Assembly: GCA_009886115.1 (NCBI GenBank) | Contig: VFJJ01000062.1 | Coordinates: forward strand, 1-35,528 | Length of the DNA: 35,528 nt | Origin: Actinomycetota bacterium | GTDB taxonomy: Bacteria > Actinomycetota > Acidimicrobiia > IMCC26256 > VFJJ01 | Direction: 5' to 3' | Shown here: in pieces, positions 18,401 through 25,168 of the stretch | Layout of the letters: every line of letters starts with the position of its first letter | Numbering within the stretch: the first letter of the stretch is position 1 | Notes under the pieces: generated by a model | Seen by the model: the letters and a program-made list of their open reading frames with translations, nothing else | Told to the model about the DNA's origin: nothing | Database searches by the model: none | Translations under genes and position numbers: made by a program

Positions 18401-19360
18401 GCTGCTGCTGCACCCACGACCGCACCCGATTCCGATGCGGCGAGCGGGCAGGCGGCTCGGGGCCGGCCCCGGCGATCGTCGTTCAGCTGCCTCGTACCCA
18501 TCCAGCGACGCGGCGGGTTGCGGCCGGTGTACATCGTGCACGGCCGCACCGGTCACGTGATGAACTTCCAGCCGCTGGCACTGCGCATGGCGCCCGACCG
18601 CCCGGTCTTCGGCATCCAGGCCCATGGTCTCGACGGCCGGAGCGAACCCGACCGCACCATCGAGGCCATGGCCCGCCGCTACGTGAGCGCCGTTCGCGAG
18701 GCCCAGCCCGTCGGGCCGTACATCCTCGGCGGCTTCTCGGGTGGGGGCGTGGTCGCGTTCGAGATGGCTCATCAGCTCACCGCTGACGGCGAGACGGTCG
18801 CTCCGCTCGTCCTGCTCGACACGATCCGCCCCGGGCTCCAGCAGGAGGTGCGATGGGACTACGTCCGCTACCGCGCCAAGGAGATCAGCCGCGACCCCGT
18901 CCAAGCCCGGCAGTGGGTCAAGGCGACTGCCCGACTCGTGCGCGACCGTCTCAGCCCCGGGGAGACCCCCGTACGACGCCGCTCGTCGTTCGGCCCACCC
19001 GACGAGCGGATCGGCGACGGCGCTGCGAGCACGAGCGTCGACGCCGACAACGTGCTCGAGCTGACCGACATCTACCTCCGGGCCCAGGACGACTACACGA
19101 TGCGCCGCTGGGACGGGCGCGCCGTGCTGTTCCGGGCCAGTCGATCGCTCGCCGAGGAGATGGGCTCGTTCCAGGTACCTGCCGACCTCCTGTGGTCGCC
19201 GTTCGTCGAGCACCTCGACATCTTCCAGATCCCGGGCGGTCACACCGACATGATGTTGCCGCCCAACGTCGACGTGCTCGCCGAGCGCCTCCGTCTGGTG
19301 CTGAGTGCCGAGTCCGAGACCGAGACCGAGACCGAGGCTGGGTCCCCGGAAACCCGGTGA
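12440..19360 (+). CDS. Type I PKS: KS-AT-KR/DH-carrier-TE
   Basis: KS VQTACSTS, EAHGTGT, IGHLDTAAG; AT GHSLG; KR GGYGGLG, HAAGVLDD, YAAAN; DH HRLKAGRCVLPG, HPALLD; carrier FFDLGGHSL; TE GFSGG and GGHTDM. TGATG overlap with the NRPS stop. Confidence 0.95.
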   Translation: MGSNGAADDYSGSEIAIVGMAGRFPGAPDVDTLWDLAASGRVGMRRFSDRELLDAGVPLATLRDPDYVKVNGTIDTLEWFDAGFFGIGPRDAAIMDPQHRHFLEAAWEVLEHAGHPPSRFDGPIGVFAGCGMNGYFTWNLLTNPALVESVGLFLLRHTSNDRDFLATQVAYQLNLTGPAISVQTACSTSLVAVHLATQSLLSRECDMALAGGVTYEIPHRQGYLYHDGEILSPDGVCRAFDHRSAGTVLTSGLGVVALRRYDDAVADGDVIHAVIRGTAVNNDGSRKVGFLAPSVDGHAAVVVEALAVAGVDPDTITYLEAHGTGTSVGDPIEVAALTQAFRTATSRSAFCHLGSTKPSIGHLDTAAGVASLIKTTKALQHKVLPPLANFEAPNPIIDFDATPFVVSNEARPWNVTPGTPRRAGVSSLGVGGTNVHAVLEEAPLRPATTPAGRDWQLLVVSGRTETAARAYGVALARHLARSIAGRVDASETSAEPTPADDAALGELADVAYTMQVGREAFAWRRAVAVRSAADALAVLSDDPGASAAHVGMRRTVVGTAAAGSSSPPVVFMFPGGGAQYPGMGRDLYDAEPVFRRHVDECLTLLEPLLAMAPVGRELPFADLRALMYPAPGTEDEAAVHLERATASLPAVWVTSYAMAQLWMSWGVEPAAMTGHSLGEYVAACIAGVLSLPDALSIVMLRARLFEQVSHGGGMLSVPLAVDEVRPLLPDVLSIAAVNSPTQTVVSGRAHDLAAFEQVLLEKEVEARRVNLAIAPHSAMLDEVLPAFRDGLRRITFHRPVRRFISNLTGTWITDEDAVDPEYWVRHLRRTVRFSDGLAELCTDASLVFLEVGPGQALGSFVRQQPSRPSAVLASLRHVDDDTADLQYTLTTLGRLWTAGVEIDWNAHHHGPRRRVALPTYPWERQRYWIDPGVGRSGVANPGDPLTRIPTIDGWWSQLEWRAAPAPRIGATEPTSWLVLADGDPLIERTMVALRAAGHRVIEVRPGERFERSENGHSLAGLATSFVLPPADRAGWSQLLAALTDEGGLPRHVLHSWLMHDRRDADSAQARGLHTLIAMAQAFVDDDVTAPVELIVLTAGMQQVAAEPLRHPEHATVLGACRVIPREQPNVACRSIDVEATTTVEALITELTQGGTGPAGVTSSGATSQAVAYRGASRFAQEIAVVAGPRLVTDPAAVAGAAGSLHTATGAVRPGGTYLITGGYGGLGLVVAEHLARTANANVVLVGRHPRPTPGLEAARAEVLKVAADVTDVDALRRVVAETHRRFGPIHGVFHAAGVLDDGLLPSKTIAGVDAVLAPKVAGTLALDDALRDEPLEFMVLFSSTSALLGLPGQVDYAAANAFVDAYAAHRRGSDRPGSTVAIAWGAWRDRGMTARGDADPADALGLGDRLEPPEPLSHAVLDRWAAVSAERVISEGHLDAASDWIVAEHRLKAGRCVLPGMAAIDLIATAARETLPLHGSIEIRDLSFVRPLEVPDDEPTGIRVDLRADEPGAWSAAIESRPEQPGRPTVWRRHAGATVMVASGPGSGDPSGDPTEGESQANGDRPRLDLDAIGNRLHQAARSYDAQYPHDRQSRHLDFGPRWDNLVSARASESEVLAELQLPSAFEGDIGPWSLHPALLDRAVGIGLGLIDGFRDRDDLYVPFEVRRAVVHGPVPSRVWCLVRLTRPTTATDAVATFDVTLAEPDGRVCVVMERLSMRRLENVQAMAVTGRRAAVADMGPAGFPDHAGHGQERAALGGGSDGAGPRAMGHVMADGITAEEGLACLDRLLGAMAGPGGPGGPGGAGGPGDPNGSSIASHLICSPFDLVALERAALPTAPAGGGDGAGRVERPELGATFTGPRDDVERELVDVWQEILGIAGVGIHDDFFDLGGHSLIAVRLFSKIRKAWAVDLGLSTLFNAPTVAELATLVREERDLPEPPPSPTIPTAAVTAPAPVEGTAIVPAAGDAGTGGGGSSPSGAPASSSAAAAAPTTAPDSDAASGQAARGRPRRSSFSCLVPIQRRGGLRPVYIVHGRTGHVMNFQPLALRMAPDRPVFGIQAHGLDGRSEPDRTIEAMARRYVSAVREAQPVGPYILGGFSGGGVVAFEMAHQLTADGETVAPLVLLDTIRPGLQQEVRWDYVRYRAKEISRDPVQARQWVKATARLVRDRLSPGETPVRRRSSFGPPDERIGDGAASTSVDADNVLELTDIYLRAQDDYTMRRWDGRAVLFRASRSLAEEMGSFQVPADLLWSPFVEHLDIFQIPGGHTDMMLPPNVDVLAERLRLVLSAESETETETEAGSPETR
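17822..17866 (+). repeat. 9-bp in-frame repeats ggtccgggt (GPG)n in a PKS linker
   Basis: ggtccgggt repeated about 5 times with one variant unit (ggtgcgggt). Confidence 0.75.
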
Positions 19361-20019
19361 GAGCGGCGTTCGAGAACCTGCTGGGTACCAGGGTGATCGT
19401 TGAGAGCGACCACCCTGGAGACGAGAGCGCCCCGCTCTCGGACGCCGAGACCGCGCTCGTGGCCCGGGCCGTGGATTCGCGCCGCCGCGAGTTCCGCGTC
19501 GGGAGGGCCTGTGCCCACAGGGCATTGGCCCGGCTCGGGATCGCCGGTCACACGATCGGCGCGCACCCCGAGCGTGATCCCGTGTGGCCCGACGGCATCG
19601 TGGGCTCGATCACCCACACGGTCGACTGCGGCGGGCGCCTGCGCTGTGTGGCTGCGGTCGCCCCGACCAGGGTCGCGGCCGGGATCGGGATCGACGCCGA
19701 GCCCTCCACCCCGCTCGACGACGACCTCATGGCGCTGGTCTGCCGTCCCGGCGAGGTGGCCTCGGGCGACCGCGATGCGGCCAAGGTGGTGTTCTGTGTC
19801 AAGGAGGCGCTGTACAAGGCGATCTTCCCGCTGACCCGCCGGTTCCTCGAGTTCTCCGATGTGTCGACCACGGTGTCGTTGGCCGACGGCACGTTCACGG
19901 CCCGGGCCGTCACCGGCGCGGGTGGCCCGAGGTTCCCCGAGGGCCGTAGCGTCCACGGCGGTGTCGTGGTGCTCGACGGGCTCGTGCTGGCGTCGCTGCG
20001 TCTGCCGCCCGGCTTCTGA
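19357..20019 (+). CDS. 4'-phosphopantetheinyl transferase (EntD-like)
   Basis: RRREFRVGRACA, PVWPDGIVGSITHT, IGIDAE, FCVKEALYKA; GTGA overlap with the PKS stop. Confidence 0.92.
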   Translation: MRAAFENLLGTRVIVESDHPGDESAPLSDAETALVARAVDSRRREFRVGRACAHRALARLGIAGHTIGAHPERDPVWPDGIVGSITHTVDCGGRLRCVAAVAPTRVAAGIGIDAEPSTPLDDDLMALVCRPGEVASGDRDAAKVVFCVKEALYKAIFPLTRRFLEFSDVSTTVSLADGTFTARAVTGAGGPRFPEGRSVHGGVVVLDGLVLASLRLPPGF

Positions 20020-20056
20020 GCCTCCCCACCCCACCCCTCCTCCGCGACTGGGATCG

Positions 20057-20887
20057 ATGACCCGCGCCCCGTATCCGCCGCCCGTCCACATGCTGCACCA
20101 GCTCGGGATCGCCTTCGACCCGCCAGCCGACGGTCGGGTGAGCCTCCGGCTCCCGATCACGCCCGATCTCTGCTCGGCGACGGGCGCCCTGCGCCCCGGC
20201 GTCGCCGCCACGCTCATCGACGTGGCCGGCGGTCGCCTGTCGGTTCCCGCGGTCGCTCCCGACTGGGTCGCCACCGCCGACCTCTCGGTGAGCATGACCG
20301 GACGGGTCGATCGGGGATCGTTGGTGGCCCATGGTCACATCGTGCGCGCGGGACGGACCGCCGTGGTGGTCGAGGTCGACCTCGAGGACGATCTCGGTGC
20401 TCGGGTGGGCTCGGGGTCGATGTCGTTCACGGTGCTGCCCCGGCGTGACACCAACCTGCGCCTCGAGGAGGTCGAGCCGGGGCTCGTGGCGTGGGGCGCA
20501 TCGCGCCAGCCCGACATCGCGTATCTCGACTTCGCCGGCGTCGAGGTCGTCGATTCGGCGGCGGGAATCGTTCAGATCGCCTGCGATCCCAAGGTGCGCA
20601 ACAGCTTCCAGGCTCTCCAGGGCGGAATGGTTTGCACCCTCGCCGACATCGCAGCCGAGACTGCGGGTTCCATGGCGCTGCAACGGCCGGCGGCCACCGT
20701 CTCGCTCGAGACCTGGTTCCTCGCGCCGGGCAAGGTGGGGCCGGTGCGAGCGACCGGCCGGCTGCTCGTGGCCGACAGCGAACGCGCTCGGGCCGTCGTG
20801 AGGGTCGAGCTGCGCGACCTCGGCACCGACGACCGCTTGGTCTCGGTGACCCTGGCGACGGTCTCGGCGGGGACGGTCTCACGATGA
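20057..20887 (+). CDS. Double hotdog-fold (PaaI-like) acyl-CoA thioesterase
   Basis: Two hotdog repeats: GALRPGVAATLIDVAG..TADLSV and NSFQALQGGMVCTLADIA..FLAPGKVGPV. Confidence 0.82.
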   Translation: MTRAPYPPPVHMLHQLGIAFDPPADGRVSLRLPITPDLCSATGALRPGVAATLIDVAGGRLSVPAVAPDWVATADLSVSMTGRVDRGSLVAHGHIVRAGRTAVVVEVDLEDDLGARVGSGSMSFTVLPRRDTNLRLEEVEPGLVAWGASRQPDIAYLDFAGVEVVDSAAGIVQIACDPKVRNSFQALQGGMVCTLADIAAETAGSMALQRPAATVSLETWFLAPGKVGPVRATGRLLVADSERARAVVRVELRDLGTDDRLVSVTLATVSAGTVSR

Positions 20888-21849
20888 CCGCAGGCGAGAC
20901 GCAGGAACCGGCAACGGCAACCCCGGCAACGGCAACCCCGGCCGCGGCCGCCACCGCCACCGCCACCGCAGAGACCAACGCGACCAGGCCGCCCAGCGAC
21001 GGCCGGGGCCTGTCGCTCCACCTCGGGACCGAGCTGCGCATCGCGGCTCCGGGCGAGCCGGGAACGGGGCTGGTCGTGGTGCGGCCCGATCTGTGCGACA
21101 CGTCCGGCGCGCTCCGCGCCGGCGTCCTGTTCACGCTGGCCGACAACGTCGGTGGTCACTTCGGGGCGGTGAGCGCGTACCCCGACTGGGTGGTCACCGC
21201 CGATCTCAGCCTGCGTGTCCTGCGGCCGGCCACCACGGGAACGGTCCATGCCACGGGAGCCTTGCTGCGCAAGGGCCGCACGACCGTCGTCGTCGAGGTC
21301 GAGCTGTCCGACGAGCTCGGTCGCGAGGTCGCTCGGGCCATCGTGACCTCGACGGTCCTCACCCCGTCGTTCGACGTGACCGGCATGCTCGCCGGCCGTC
21401 CCCGGCAGCCGTCCGACCCGCCTCCGATCTCCGACGGCCCGCCGCTGTTCGACTGGCTCGGCATCCTCTCCGCGGCCGACTGGAGTTGGGCCGAGATGGT
21501 GATCACCGAGCCGCTGCGCAACCCCTGGGGCATCCTCCACGGCGGGGCCGCGAGCCTGCTCGTCGAGGCGGCTGCGCTCGGTCGAGCCCAGCGGGCACTG
21601 GGTTCCGAGCACCCGAGCCGTGTGGGCTCGATGGTGCTGCGCTACCTCAATCCCAACCGGGTCGGACCGTTGCGCGCCGGCGCCGAGATCGTCGGCCTGC
21701 GCCACGGTATCGACGGGCGTCCCGATGCGGCCCAGGTGCGCATCGACGTACGCGACACCGGTGCCGGCAACCGTCAGACCATCGCCGCCACGGTCACCGT
21801 CGAGTCGTCACGACCGATCGAGGAGCGGGAGCAAGGCACGCATGAGTGA
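20884..21849 (+). CDS. Double hotdog-fold (PaaI-like) thioesterase, paralog of the preceding gene
   Basis: GALRAGVLFTLADNVG..TADLSL and NPWGILHGGAASLLVE; ATGA overlap with the upstream gene; Ala/Thr low-complexity N-terminus. Confidence 0.82.
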   Translation: MTAGETQEPATATPATATPAAAATATATAETNATRPPSDGRGLSLHLGTELRIAAPGEPGTGLVVVRPDLCDTSGALRAGVLFTLADNVGGHFGAVSAYPDWVVTADLSLRVLRPATTGTVHATGALLRKGRTTVVVEVELSDELGREVARAIVTSTVLTPSFDVTGMLAGRPRQPSDPPPISDGPPLFDWLGILSAADWSWAEMVITEPLRNPWGILHGGAASLLVEAAALGRAQRALGSEHPSRVGSMVLRYLNPNRVGPLRAGAEIVGLRHGIDGRPDAAQVRIDVRDTGAGNRQTIAATVTVESSRPIEEREQGTHE

Positions 21850-22380
21850 CGCCAGCTCGACGGCACAGTTGGTGAAGTCGTCGAGCTCACCGCCGGCCGG
21901 GTCGACGACGTCTTCCCAGGTTTCGAGCTCGATGGCCTGGAGCTCGAGAAGGCCCAACCGCTCCGACCACGACCAGGCCGACCCCGTGGACCGCTCCGGC
22001 CGCCCAGACGGCGCAGTCAGCGACGGGAGCTCGGGGAGCAGCTTCACCAGTCGCTTGAGCGTCGCCGTGCGGGGCGCCGCTTCGGGATGGCGCCGCCGCA
22101 CGTAGGCCACATGCTCGGTCGCCATGCCCACGACGAGATCGGTGTCGTCGAGGGTGAAGTCGTACATCTGGGCGCTGAGGTGGTCGTTGGCCTCCAAGCC
22201 CAAAGATTTCAAGGCTTCGCGGGTGCGCCACGAGATCGGCCGCCCGTCGAGCGAGTGCGTGCCCGAGCCCGATACGACCAAGCCCGGCGCCCAGGCCTTG
22301 GCCATGGCCGAGGCCATCACCGAACGAGCGGCGTTGCCGGTGCAGACGAAATGAACGTGCAGCGGAGCAGCCGTGCTCAC
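21808..22380 (-). CDS. Low-molecular-weight protein tyrosine phosphatase / ArsC-family protein
   Basis: P-loop FVCTGNAARS, SGSGT, DLVVGM, and the general-acid loop VVDPAG. GTGA overlap with the SDR. Confidence 0.85.
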   Translation of the reverse strand: MSTAAPLHVHFVCTGNAARSVMASAMAKAWAPGLVVSGSGTHSLDGRPISWRTREALKSLGLEANDHLSAQMYDFTLDDTDLVVGMATEHVAYVRRRHPEAAPRTATLKRLVKLLPELPSLTAPSGRPERSTGSAWSWSERLGLLELQAIELETWEDVVDPAGGELDDFTNCAVELASLMRALLPLLDRS

Positions 22381-23288
22381 ATGTTCTCGGTCGTGCCGGT
22401 GGCCTTCATCCGCTGCGCCGCCTCACGCATGCGCTCGGCAGCCACGATGAGCCCGAGAGGCTCCTGGCCGATCTGCTCGAAGCGGGCCTCGATCTCCTCG
22501 AGCGTCCAGCGCCCGTCCTTGAACATCGAGCGCACCTCGGCCGGCTGGTTCCACACGGCGATCTTGCCGCCGTTGGCCGTGTAGATCTGGCCGCTGATGT
22601 GCTTGGCCTTGTCGGAGAGCAAGAAGCACGTCATGGGGGCGACGTCTTCGGGATCGCCCATGTCGATCGCACCGGGCACGTTCGAGGACATGCGGGTACG
22701 GGCGACGGGGGCGATGATGTTGCTGGTGACGCCGTAACGGTGCATGCCCCCGGCCGCCGAGCGCATGAGCGACACGATGCCGCCCTTGGCCGCCGCGTAG
22801 TTCGCCTGGGCGATGGAGCCCGAGAACGCCCCTGACGTGAACCCGACCAGCGAACCGAAGCCCTGGGTCTTCATCTGTGCGGCCGCGGCCCGCACGACGG
22901 TGAACGTGCCCTTGAGGTGGGTGGCGACGACGGCGTCCCACTCGTCTTCCGACATGTTGAAGAGCATCCGCTCGCGCAGCACGCCGGCCACGCACACGAC
23001 ACCGTCGATCTTGCCGTAGGTGTCGACGGTCTGCTGGACGATCGAGGCTCCGCCGGCCATCTCGGTGACGCTGCCGGTGTTGGCGCTGGCCGATCCACCG
23101 GCGGCGACGATCTCGTCGACCACCGACTGCGCCACGCTCGTCGAGCCCCCCGAGCCGTCCATCTCGACGCCGAGGTCGTTCACGACGACGCTGGCGCCTT
23201 CCTCAGCCGCGAGCAGGGCCACACAGCGCCCGATCCCCCGGCCTGCACCGGTGATCGCGATCGCCTTGCCTTCGAGATATCCCGCCAC
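22377..23288 (-). CDS. SDR family NAD(P)-dependent oxidoreductase (hydroxyacyl-CoA/hydroxysteroid dehydrogenase-like)
   Basis: TGAGRGIG, VVVNDLG, YAAAK; GTG start at 23288 with ggagg RBS. Confidence 0.92.
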   Translation of the reverse strand: MAGYLEGKAIAITGAGRGIGRCVALLAAEEGASVVVNDLGVEMDGSGGSTSVAQSVVDEIVAAGGSASANTGSVTEMAGGASIVQQTVDTYGKIDGVVCVAGVLRERMLFNMSEDEWDAVVATHLKGTFTVVRAAAAQMKTQGFGSLVGFTSGAFSGSIAQANYAAAKGGIVSLMRSAAGGMHRYGVTSNIIAPVARTRMSSNVPGAIDMGDPEDVAPMTCFLLSDKAKHISGQIYTANGGKIAVWNQPAEVRSMFKDGRWTLEEIEARFEQIGQEPLGLIVAAERMREAAQRMKATGTTENM

Positions 23289-23372
23289 ATCTGCCTCCGT
23301 TGTCCACGATGACCACTCGACGGGAACCCGATGATCGCCCCCGGAACCGGCTCTTCCTAGCGGCCCGAAGCC

Positions 23373-23442
23373 GAGCCGCGCCAGCCGTGCCGGCGCCGTG
23401 GCGGAGCCGCGCCGGCGCCGTGGCGGAGCCGCGCCAGCCGTG
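23373..23442. repeat. 22-bp tandem repeat with 17-bp direct repeats in the divergent intergenic region
   Basis: gccggcgccgtggcggagccgc at 23389-23410 and 23411-23432; gagccgcgccagccgtg at 23373-23389 and 23426-23442. Confidence 0.75.
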
Positions 23443-23450
23443 ACGCCGTG

Positions 23451-23499
23451 TTGCGCCGCTGTAACGCGTTCCAGCAGACTTGTTTGCTGACAGGCGTCA
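23451..23499 (+). promoter_or_regulatory. Putative sigma70-type promoter with operator palindromes upstream of SBP1
   Basis: TTGCGC (23451)-N18-CAGACT (23475); TGTAACGCGTTCCA (23460-23473) in the spacer; TGAC-aggc-GTCA (23488-23499). Confidence 0.6.
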
Positions 23500-23577
23500 T
23501 CTGACTGCCTGCGCTGATTGGGGTCGATGGATGCTCGGCACCGACCGCACGAACACGACGAATGACGAGGGAGTTCG

Positions 23578-25053
23578 ATGAGAAGGCTGAAATGGCTGGC
23601 TGCTGTGCTCGCGCTGGGAATGATCGCCGCAGCCTGCGGGAGCGATCGCGACGAGGACGCGGCTGACAGCACCACAACGGCTGCGCCAGCACCCGACACC
23701 ACCGTGGCGGGCACCGACACCACCACGGCAGACTCGGGAACTGACACCACGGCCGCGCCGGCCGAGACGACCACGACGGGTGTTCCCGTCGAGACCTTCG
23801 GTGACCTGCCCTGGCCCTGTGGCCCTGCGGTCGAGGAGAACACCGACGACGGCAGCGTGCCCGGTGTCACCACCGACAGCATCACCATCGCCACCGGCGA
23901 CGACGCCGGCTTCGTCTCCGCTCCGGGCCTCAACCACGAGCAGACCGACGCCATCAACGCGCTGGTCGACAAGTGCAACGAGCTCGGCGGCATCAACGGT
24001 CGCCAGATCGAGACCAACTACTACGACGCCAAGATCTTCGAGGTCGCGACCTCGATGCAGTCGGCGTGTGACGACGGGAACTTCTTCCTCGTCGGCGAGG
24101 GATGGGCGTTCGACTCGGGCCAGGAGGAGATCCGCCTCGGTTGCGAGCTCCCGGCGGCGCCCACGTACACCGTGAGCGCGGCATTCGCCATGGGCCCTCT
24201 CGTCTACCAAGGCGTCCCGAACCCGGCTGACGAGTACCCGGTCTCCGGCCTCGTCGAGTTCGTCAAGCTCTATCCTGAAGAGACCAAGAAGATGGGCGTG
24301 CTCGTCGGGAACTTCTCGGCGACCCGCGAGACCCGCGACAAGGTGCTGGCCGTCGGACCCGACCTCGGCATCGAGTTCGTCTCGACCGACCTGGAGTACA
24401 ACACCGCCGGTGAAGCCGACTGGACGCCGTTCGTCAAGCAGCTCCAGGACGCCGGGGCCGAGTCGGTTCTGTGGTCGGGCTCATGTCTTCCCAACCTGCA
24501 GCTGTTCATGCAGACGGCCGTGGCCAACGGCTTCGACGTCCCTGTGATGACCGACGCCAACCACTATGAGGCCAAGTGCGCCGCGGCGAACACCGACGGT
24601 GCGCTCGACAAGGTGCACTTCAAGTTCGCCTATGTGCCCTTCGAGGAGTCGGCCGACAACAAGGCCACCCAGGACTACCTCGATCTGCTCGACGCCTCGG
24701 GTGGCGACACGTCGCTGCTCGGGATGCAGGCCACGTCGTCGTTCTTCCTGTGGGCCCAGGCCTCGGCCGACTGCGGTGCGTCGCTCACCCGGGAGTGCGT
24801 GCTCGAGAACATGGCCGCGGTCAACGAGTGGACCTCGGGCGGGCTGCACTCCACCACCGACCCCGGTGGTAACCACCCCGTCCAGTGCGAGGCCCTGTTG
24901 AGCCTCGACGGCACGTCCTACGAGCGCCTGGCACCCGCGGCTGTCGCCGAGTGGAGCTGTGCCGAGCCGGGCATCGTCCCCATCGTCGGGGTGCCGGCTC
25001 TCGAGCCGCTGCTACTCGACGAGAACCGCATCGCGCACCAGTTCGACAAGTAG
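23578..25053 (+). CDS. ABC transporter substrate-binding lipoprotein 1 (LivJ/periplasmic binding protein type 1-like)
   Basis: Lipobox IAAA-C, Thr-rich linker, PGVTTDSITI, NELGGINGRQI; gaggga RBS; followed by permease and ATPase genes. Confidence 0.88.
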   Translation: MRRLKWLAAVLALGMIAAACGSDRDEDAADSTTTAAPAPDTTVAGTDTTTADSGTDTTAAPAETTTTGVPVETFGDLPWPCGPAVEENTDDGSVPGVTTDSITIATGDDAGFVSAPGLNHEQTDAINALVDKCNELGGINGRQIETNYYDAKIFEVATSMQSACDDGNFFLVGEGWAFDSGQEEIRLGCELPAAPTYTVSAAFAMGPLVYQGVPNPADEYPVSGLVEFVKLYPEETKKMGVLVGNFSATRETRDKVLAVGPDLGIEFVSTDLEYNTAGEADWTPFVKQLQDAGAESVLWSGSCLPNLQLFMQTAVANGFDVPVMTDANHYEAKCAAANTDGALDKVHFKFAYVPFEESADNKATQDYLDLLDASGGDTSLLGMQATSSFFLWAQASADCGASLTRECVLENMAAVNEWTSGGLHSTTDPGGNHPVQCEALLSLDGTSYERLAPAAVAEWSCAEPGIVPIVGVPALEPLLLDENRIAHQFDK

Positions 25054-25088
25054 ACAACGAGCGGCATAGCGCAATCGAGTCCATCCGG

Positions 25089-25116
25089 GGTGGGTCGGTC
25101 GAGAGACCGACCCACC
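25089..25116 (+). terminator. GC-rich hairpin after SBP1 (mRNA stabiliser or partial terminator)
   Basis: ggtgggtcggtc-GAGA-gaccgacccacc; 12-bp perfect stem with a GNRA loop. Confidence 0.7.
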
Positions 25117-25168
25117 TCCGGGCTCGATAGTGGCGACCTTGTCCGGACCGGACTCCCGAGAGACATCA

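Noticed and set aside
18853..19356. Upstream extensions of the PPTase ORF (and likewise of the hotdog ORFs from 19859 and 20491)
   Set aside because: They overlap the preceding genes in other frames; coupled or adjacent starts at 19357, 20057 and 20884 fit better.
23373..23442. Possible CRISPR-like repeats (also 29677-29739)
   Set aside because: Units are directly adjacent with no unique spacers, and there are no cas genes.
23289..24017. Extension of the SDR ORF to 546 aa
   Set aside because: Antisense to SBP1 and the promoter region; a good RBS supports GTG 23288.
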